Shown: one piece after another, positions 56,401-64,000 of the stretch
How positions within the stretch are numbered: the stretch's first letter is position 1
How the letters are laid out: each line of letters starts with the position of its first letter
DNA from: Macrostomum lignano
Taxonomy: Eukaryota
Reading direction: 5' to 3'
NCBI GenBank assembly: GCA_002269645.1
Contig: NIVC01000035.1
Location: 558,001 to 622,000, forward strand
Length of the DNA: 64,000 nt
Notes under the pieces: generated by a model
The model's database searches: none
Told to the model about the DNA's origin: nothing
What the model saw: only the letters and a program-made list of their open reading frames with translations
Program-made: the position numbers and the translations under genes

Positions 56401-57705
56401 AGCATCTCCCTCACTTGAGCCATGGCATCTCAGCATCTCCCTCACTTGAGCCATGGCTTCTCAACAACTCCCTCACTTGAGCCATGACTTCTCAACAACT
56501 CCCTCCTACTTGAGCATAGCATCTCAGCATCTCCCTTCACTTGAGCCATGGCATCTCAGCAACTCCCTCCCACTTGAGCCATGGCATCTCAGCAACTCCC
56601 TCCCACTTGAGCCATGGCATCTCAACAACTCCCTCCTACTTGAGCATAGCATCTCAGCATCTCCCTTCACTTGAGCCATGGCATCTCAGCAACTCCCTCC
56701 CACTTGAGCCATGGCATCTCAACAACTCCCTCCTACTTGAGCATAGCATCTCAGCATCTCCCTTCACTTGAGCCATGGCATCTCAGCATCTCTCTCACTT
56801 GAGCCATGGCATCTCAGCATCTCCTTCCCACTTAAGCCATGGCATCTTAGCATCTCCCTCACTTGAGCATCTGTTTTATTACAGGAAGATCTTCAGCAGC
56901 AGCCGCCTCCGCCGCAGCAACAGACGACCAGCTCCAACAGTTTGCCTGGCAACCGGTGAAATTCTCCGGTCAGCGTCCCACACCCCGGTGCGGCGTCACT
57001 GGTGCAGTCAATCCATCCACCGGCCGAGCGTACACCTTTGGCGGTGTGTTCGACATTGAACAGGCTGACGACGGCCTGACCGGGGTGATGTTCAACGAGC
57101 TCTACCAGCTGGATTTGGTCAAGCAGCGTTGGCGACTGATTGACTTCGGCAGCAATGATGTCGCTGCTGGTGGTGCTGCAGTCTCTGCAGCCAGCATCCT
57201 GCCGTTAGAGAGAATCAACGCCGGTCTAGCAGTGCTTGACGATCGGCTCTACCTGTACGGCGGCATCTACGAAGGTGACGATGAGCAGCAGGCGGCAGCG
57301 GGTGTCGGAGAGCGGTCTCGAATTCTGGACGATTTGCAGTCGTTAGAGTTGAAGCACCTGAGCCAAGGCTGGAGCATGATTCTGCCACCAACTGCGGCTG
57401 CTGGCTATCAAAGCGACGAGTCGGAGAGCTCCGATGAGGATGCCGGAGAGGAGGAGGCTGAGGATGAAGACGAGGAAGAAGCGACAGAAGCTGACGACGG
57501 GCACGAGGCGACGCCGCCGCCGCCGCCCGTAGTTGCCGGGGAAAGTGTCGAAAGTTACTCGACACGGACCGACTCCTATTGGTCCAGGGCGGTTGGCAAC
57601 AGCTTGCGTCGGTGCTGGCCAGCCAGTGACGTCACCGAATCGCTGGTTGCCAAGTACGCGAAACGGGCCGCCAGGGATTTCTATAGGCAAACTGCTGGCG
57701 ATTGA
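50481..57705 (+). CDS. KLHDC4: Kelch domain-containing protein 4, 571 aa; exons 50481-50894, 51709-52189, 56885-57705
   Basis: MGKNKKDKKKGHGAEKTAAK; PSPRSNFS; PTPRCAHQ; FVFGGEFATP...FHHYDDIW; RSGHRM; FGGFHD...YFNDLW; acidic C-terminal tract. Spliced length 1716 nt in frame. Confidence 0.95.
50910..51692 (+). repeat. Tandem array, 23-bp unit (KLHDC4 intron 1)
   Basis: gagaatcgccctactgcaccctt. Confidence 0.96.
52162..52692 (+). repeat. 38-bp tandem array, about 14 copies, made of the KLHDC4 exon 2 end plus its 5' splice site
   Basis: actgactgcttcactctgagcttagtgg|gtgagtgctt; the first copy is the real exon end. Confidence 0.96.
52700..53005 (+). repeat. Mosaic 22/31-bp array (KLHDC4 intron 2)
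   Basis: cctcccagatcctcagttgctgggcagccag / cctcccagatcccctgggccag. Confidence 0.92.
53395..54170 (+). repeat. 17-bp tandem array (KLHDC4 intron 2)
   Basis: catctcatctcctct(t/c/g)g. Confidence 0.95.
54825..56870 (+). repeat. 31-bp tandem array (KLHDC4 intron 2)
   Basis: gagccatggcatctcagcatctccctcactt. Confidence 0.96.
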
Positions 57706-57709
57706 AACT

Positions 57710-60700
57710 ATAGCTAGATTCTGGATTGGGGAGACCTGCGGTGGTTTCTACAGTATCATGGAGTTTTATACAGCTAGATTCTGGATTGGGGAGACCTGCG
57801 CTGGTTTCTACAATATCATGGAGTTTTATACATCTAGATTCTGGATTAGGGAAACCTGCGCTGGTTTCAACAATATCATGGAGTTTTATACATCTAGATT
57901 CTAGATTGGGGAAACCTGCGCTGGTTTCTACAATATCATGGAGTTTTATACAGCTAGATTCTGGATTGGGGAGACCTGCGCTGGTTTCTACAATATCATG
58001 GAGTTTTATTCATCTAGATTCTGGATTAGGGAAACCTGCGCTGGTTTCAACAATATCATGGAGTTTTATACATCTAGATTCTGGATTGGGGAAACCTGCG
58101 CTGGTTTCTACAATATCAAGGAGTTTTATACATCTAGATTCTGGATTGGGGAGACCTGCGCTGGTTTCTACAATATCATGGAGTTTTATACATCTAGATT
58201 CTGGATTGGGGAAACCTGCGCTGGTTTCTACAATATCATGGAGTTTTATACATCTAGATTCTGGATTGGGGAAACCTGCGCTGGTTTCTACAATATCATG
58301 GAGTTTTATACATCTAGATTCTGGATTAGGGAAACCTGCGCTGGTTTCTACAATATCATGGAGTTTTATACATCTAGATTCTGGATTGGGGAGACCTGCG
58401 CTGGTTTCTACAATATCATGGAGTTTTATACATCTAGATTCTGGATTGGGGAAACCTGCGCTGGTTTCTACAATATCATGGAGTTTTATACATCTAGATT
58501 CTGGATTAGGGAAACCTGCGCTGGTTTCTACAATATCATGGAGTTTTATACATCTAGATTCTGGATTGGGGAAACCTGCGCTGGTTTCTACAATATCATG
58601 GAGTTTTATACATCTAGATTCTGGATTGGGGAAACCTGCGCTGGTTTCTACAATATCAAGGAGTTTTATACATTTAGATTCTGGATTGGGGAGACCTGCG
58701 GTGGTTTCTACAATATCATGGAGTTTTATACATCTAGATTCTGGATTGGGGAAACCTGCGCTGGTTTCTACAATGTCATGGAGTTTTATACATCTAGATT
58801 CTGGTTTGGGGAAACCTGCGCTGGTTTCTACAATATCATGGAGTTTTATACATCTAGATTCTGGATTGGGGAAACCTGCGCTGGTTTCTAAAATGTCATG
58901 GAGTTTTATACATCTAGATTCTGGATTGGGGAAACCTGCGCTGGTTTCTACAATGTCATGGAGTTTTATACATGTAGATTCTGGATTGGGGAAACCTGCG
59001 CTGGTTTCAACAGTATCATGGAGTTTTATACATCTAGATTCTGGATTAGGGAAACCTGCGCTGGTTTCAACAGTATCATGGAGTTTTATACATCTAGATT
59101 CTGGATTAGGGAAACCTGCGCTGGTTTCAACAGTATCATGGAGTTTTATACATCTAGATTCTGGATTAGAGAAACCTGCGCTGGTTTCTACAATATCATG
59201 GAGTTTTATACATCTAGATTCTGGATTAGAGAAACCTGTGCTGGTTTCTACAATATCATGGAGTTTTATGCAGCTAGATTCTGGTTTGGGGAAACCTGCG
59301 GTGGTTTCTACAATATCATGGAGTTTTATACATCTAGATTCTGGATTGGGGAAACCTGCGCTGGTTTCTACAATATCATGGAGTTTTATACATCTAGATT
59401 CTGGATTGGGGAAACCTGCGCTGGTTTCTACAATATCATGGAGTTTTATACATCTAGATTCTGGATTGGGGAAACCTGCGCTGGTTTCTACAATATCATG
59501 GAGTTTTATACAGCTAGATTCTGGATTGGCGAGACCTGCGGTGGTTTCTACAATATCATGGAGTTTTATACAGCTAGATTCTGGATTGGGGAAACCTGCG
59601 CTGGTTTCTACAATATCATGGAGTTTTATACATCTAGATTCTGGTTTGGGGAAACCGGTGGTTTCTACAATATCATGGAGTTTTATACATTTAGATTCTG
59701 GATTGGGGAAACCTGCGCTGGTTTCTACAATATCATGGAGTTTTATACATCTAGATTCTGGATTGGGGAAACCTGCGCTGGTTTCTACAATGTCATGGAG
59801 TTTTATACATGTAGATTCTGGATTGGGGAAACCTGCGCTGGTTTCAGCAGTATCATGGAGTTTTATACATCTAGATTCTGGATTAGGGAAACCTGCGCTG
59901 GTTTCTACAATATCATGGAGTTTTATACATCTAGATTCTGGATTAGGGAAACCTGCGCTGGTTTCAACAGTATCATGGAGTTTTATACATCTAGATTCTG
60001 GATTAGGGAAACCTGCGCTGGTTTCAACAATATCATGGAGTTTTATACATCTAGATTCTAGATTGGGGAAACCTGCGCTGGTTTCTACAATGTCATGGAG
60101 TTTTATACATCTAGATTCTGGATTAGGGAAACCTGCGCTGGTTTCAACAGTATCATGGAGTTTTATACATCTAGATTCTGGATTAGGGAAACCTGCGGTG
60201 GTTTCTACAATATCATGGAGTTTTATACAGCTAGATTCTGGATTGGGGAAACCTGCGCTGGTTTCTACAATATCATGGAGTTTTATACATCTAGATTCTG
60301 GTTTGGGGAAACCGGTGGTTTCTACAATATCATGGAGTTTTATACATTTAGATTCTGGATTGGGGAAACCTGCGCTGGTTTCTACAATATCATGGAGTTT
60401 TATACATCTAGATTCTGGATTGGGGAAACCTGCGCTGGTTTCTACAATGTCATGGAGTTTTATACATGTAGATTCTGGATTGGGGAAACCTGCGCTGGTT
60501 TCAACAGTATCATGGAGTTTTATACATCTAGATTCTGGATTAGGGAAACCTGCGGTGGTTTCTACAATATCATGGAGTTTTATTCATCTAGATTCTGGAT
60601 TAGGGAAACCTGCGCTGGTTTCAACAGTATCATGGAGTTTTATACATCTAGATTCTGGATTAGGGAAACCTGCGCTGGTTTCTACAATATCATGGAGTTT

Positions 60701-61208
60701 TATACATCTAGATTCTGGATTAGGGAAACCTGCGCTGGTTTCTACAATATCATGGAGTTTTATACATCTAGATTCTGGATTAGGGAAACCTGCGCTGGTT
60801 TCAACAATATCATGGAGTTTTATACATCTAGATTCTAGATTGGGGAAACCTGCGCTGGTTTCTACAATGTCATGGAGTTTTATACATCTAGATTCTGGAT
60901 TAGGGAAACCTGCGCTGGTTTCAACAGTATCATGGAGTTTTATACATCTAGATTCTGGATTAGGGAAACCTGCGGTGGTTTCTACAATATCATGGAGTTT
61001 TATACATCTAGATTCTGGATTGGGGAAACCTGCGCTGGTTTCTACAATATCATGGAGTTTTATACATCTAGATTCTGGATTGGGGAAACCTGCGCTGGTT
61101 TCTACAATATCATGGAGTTTTATACAGCTAGATTCTGGATTGGGGAAACCGGTGGTTTCTACAATATCATGGAGTTTTATACATCTAGATTCTGGATTGG
61201 GGAGACCT
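57710..61208 (+). repeat. 60-bp satellite (about 58 copies) starting immediately after the KLHDC4 stop codon
   Basis: ctggattggggaaacctgcgctggtttctacaatatcatggagttttatacatctagatt; 57-bp deletion variants near 59650, 60310 and 61148. Confidence 0.97.
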
Positions 61209-61579
61209 TGTATAGAATATGGAATTATTATACACCAAAGATTACTAACTTCTGACTTGAATTTTTTTTAAATGGTGGTGTAACACTTTCTTTTGGCATT
61301 TGTTTTAACCATAAATTGTTGTTTAATAATTCGAAAATGTTATGGTTAAGTCTGAATTTTTATTATGCTGATATTTTACTGTGCTCAGCTAGATGAGGAA
61401 AACAAACAAAAGAAAGTTCTGTGTTGCCAGTGACTTGTGTAATTTTTCAACCACTGGCGCTTTTGAAATGAAATTTTATTTGCTTTCTACTCGTATTCAT
61501 TTAGGTAGCCTTTTGCATGGCAGCTTCTTAATCTGGGTTATTAAAGGTACGCAGTGTACTTGCAGGCAGGTGATTAGAT

Positions 61580-61656
61580 CTGTCTGTCTCTCTGTGTGTC
61601 TGTCTGTCTGTCTTAGTGTCTGTCTGTCTGTCTGTCTGTCTTAGTGTCTGTCTTAG

Positions 61657-61701
<45 letters not shown>

Positions 61702-61744
61702 TAGTGTCTGTCTGTCTGTCTGTCTGTCTTAGTGTCTGTCTTAG

Positions 61745-61789
<45 letters not shown>

Positions 61790-61804
61790 TAGTGTCTGTC
61801 TGTG

Positions 61805-61837
<33 letters not shown>

Positions 61838-61840
61838 TAG

Positions 61841-61873
<33 letters not shown>

Positions 61874-61904
61874 GCCTGTCTGTCTGTCTGTCTGTCTGTC
61901 TGCC

Positions 61905-61955
<51 letters not shown>

Positions 61956-61962
61956 CTATCTG
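61580..61962 (+). repeat. (TCTG)n microsatellite with cttagtg interruptions
   Basis: tctgtctgtcttagtgtctgtc. Confidence 0.96.
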
Positions 61963-62513
61963 CTAGCCCATGTCTCCTATTTGCCTCTCAGTGTGTCATC
62001 ATCGCAGCAATCATTTTTTAGTTCGACAGCTGACTTCGCGGGGAAAAATTCGCCTTTTATAAGAAAGTACATCTGAACTTTCTTTAGAAATGCTTGACAA
62101 AAATCCATTCACAAGGATTAACTGGGGAAAGGCAAGAAAAGGCTTCCTTAAAAGCATTGGAAATCTGTGTAGTCAAATCCCTTTTATAATTTTGGCTATC
62201 TGAAAAATTCCTTGTTCAGTAGAGGGAAAGAGACCGGATTAAGGAAACCGCCCAGTGTCTGCTACTCGGGGGGGGGGGCGTTCCCTAACAGCAGATTCAA
62301 TATTGAATAACTGCGTGCAGCAGATGTGTTTGATCTTGTAGCAGCCAGTTGCTGGAGACCTATTCTATAAGTTATACTGCATGCGATCGTGTAGGGCTTC
62401 TTCTTACATGTGAAACGTGTGTTTCCTATTGAATTTCCAGCTGCTTTTCTCCGGTAACCTTCCTATAAAAAGTTATCACGCAATTAGAGCTTCTCATAAT
62501 TGAAAGCCTGCCG

Positions 62514-62751
62514 ATGGAGTTACTATGGCTTCTGGTTGCCAGCTTGATGCTGCTTGCCAGCGCTGCCCATGCCGCGCCGGCGCTGCCCTCGGCTGCCAAA
62601 GCAAAGTGCGGAGTGGCCGATCTGAAGCTGGGCGCCACCCTGGATCCAGGGGCTACGGAGACTCGCGGCGCTTCTGTCAAGTACATCAAATCTATTGTGG
62701 TTGCTGGCGCTAACAAGAAGCTGGCCTGCGCCCAGGCCTGCTGTGATGAAG
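62514..62751 (+). CDS. First coding exon of a secreted/membrane protein with a probable MANSC/MANEC domain (KIAA0319/LRP11-like); the gene continues beyond what is visible
   Basis: Signal peptide MELLWLLVASLMLLASAAHA; ...KLACAQACCDE followed by donor g|gttggt; CxxACC motif typical of MANSC domains. Confidence 0.6.
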
Positions 62752-62784
62752 GTTGGTTGCTATGCTGCTCTTGTTGGCTGTTTA

Positions 62785-63230
62785 GGGGGTTGAGTATGAG
62801 AGGCGCCAAACTGAATGAGAGGTGCTAGGTTGAGTATAGTAGGCGCCAAACTGAGTGTAAGAGGCGCCAGTTTGAGTATGAGATGCGCCAAAATAAGCAT
62901 GAGAGGCGCAAGGTTGCACAGGAGAGGCGCCAAGTTAAGTAAGAGAGGCACCAGGTTAAGCATAAGGGGCGCCAAAGTGAGTTTGAGAGGCGCCAAACTG
63001 AGATTGAGGGACGATAATTTGAGTGTTAGAAGCGCCATAGTGAGTGAGAAGCGCCAAATTGAGTATGAGAGGCGCCAAATTGAGATTGAGAGGCGCCAAA
63101 TTGAGTGTGAAAGGCGCAAAATTGAGTGTGAGAGACGCCAAATTGAGTATTAGAGGCGCCATATTAAATGTGAGAGGCGCGATACTGAGTATGAGAGGCG
63201 CCAAGGAATGTGTGAGAGGCGCCATACTGA
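62785..63230 (+). repeat. Degenerate 21-bp array (intron 1 of the MANSC-like gene)
   Basis: gagaggcgccaaactgagtat. Confidence 0.9.
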
Positions 63231-63739
63231 AATTTTGAAATAGTTTCAGAAGCGTTAAATTGACTCCGTATTCCGTTACCATCTCGGCAATACTTAAGCT
63301 TGAGTCTGCAGTCATACTATTGGAGCACCCTTACTAGCATTATAAATCTGAGCAGATAGTTACCAAGTAATGGTCGAGTCTTACCGTGGTATTTCTGCCT
63401 CAATCTAGCAGTCAGCTCCTGTTCACTCCTGTGTGTACTGCATATACGTAAATCTAGTTTGTGAGCTAATCCTCTCGTCAGAGCGAGTCTCCCTAAGTGC
63501 TATTAGACTGATGTAGTCTCATTTACTTTGTGCCTTATATAAATTTGCTTACAGTAAGTGTAGTCACTGCCTACCTTAAAAAAGTAGTATTGTTTGCACT
63601 TTGATTATTATTATAGATGACTGCTGTGTACTTTTCTTTTGGGAGGACTTGCTTTATAAAGGACTTAAATAAATAATTTGTCTAAATTTAACTTTTTAAA
63701 AATAACCAGAAATATTTTTTAGAAAGGCAATAACCTTAT

Positions 63740-64000
63740 AGGCAATAACCAATAAAGGCAATAAGGTTGAGATGACCTGAGGGATCTCCTAGAAAATTCA
63801 ATAACCTAAAGTTTCAGGTTGAGATGACCTGAGGGATTTCCTAGAGTAGGCAATAACCTGAAGCTTCAGATAGAGATGACCTGAGGGATTTCCTAGAGTA
63901 GGCAATAACCTGAAGCTTCAGATTGAGATGACCTGAGGGATTTCGTAGAAAAAAGCATAACCTGAAGCTTCAGATAGAGATGACCTGAGGGATTTCCTAG
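63740..64000 (+). repeat. 52-bp tandem array running off the window end
   Basis: ctagagtaggcaataacctgaagcttcagatagagatgacctgagggatttc. Confidence 0.92.

Noticed and set aside
57726-61271. 1181-aa ORF and overlapping 127-387-aa ORFs
   Set aside because: They are translations of a 60-bp satellite whose unit is a multiple of 3. There is no unique N- or C-terminal domain, and they are not in the KLHDC4 frame, so they are not stop-codon readthrough products.

Overview
Eukaryotic (animal) genomic DNA, gene-dense, with canonical GT-AG introns. Gene content and the fact that most larger introns are filled with tandem repeats suggest an invertebrate, plausibly a flatworm such as Macrostomum; that is an inference, not demonstrated. 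Most long entries in the supplied ORF track, including the 1181-aa ORF, are translations of tandem repeats. By hand-splicing I reconstructed ten genes. (+) An orphan secreted protein (3079-4235). (-) TFIIS/TCEA (9562-6267). (+) A divergent HYOU1/Grp170 (10361-18724). (+) A SUMO-like-domain protein (20339-21722). (+) A CAP59/GT69-like glycosyltransferase (22206-24086). (-) An M6PR/ATG27-like receptor (27231-25213). (-) TMEM67/meckelin (37220-29055). (+) ADISSP/C20orf27 (43215-45315). (+) KLHDC4 (50481-57705). (+) The first exon of a MANSC-domain protein (62514-62751). All nine complete gene models have consistent exon phases. The window also holds about 37 tandem arrays, two tRNA-headed SINE families (one with a CORE domain), several MITEs and a decayed LINE RT fragment. 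Highlights: (1) HYOU1 stops at CCA-TGA while its acidic, xxEL-ending tail continues in the +1 frame. (2) A MITE carrying a 28S rRNA fragment (the R2/I-PpoI target region) and a CAG|GTAAGT ratchet-like site is nested in a SINE in TFIIS intron 1. (3) Most larger introns carry their own private minisatellite, and one array amplified the KLHDC4 exon end and donor site 14 times. (4) The fungal/microbial-type glycosyltransferase is a horizontal-transfer candidate. No databases were searched; homology calls come from recalled family motifs.
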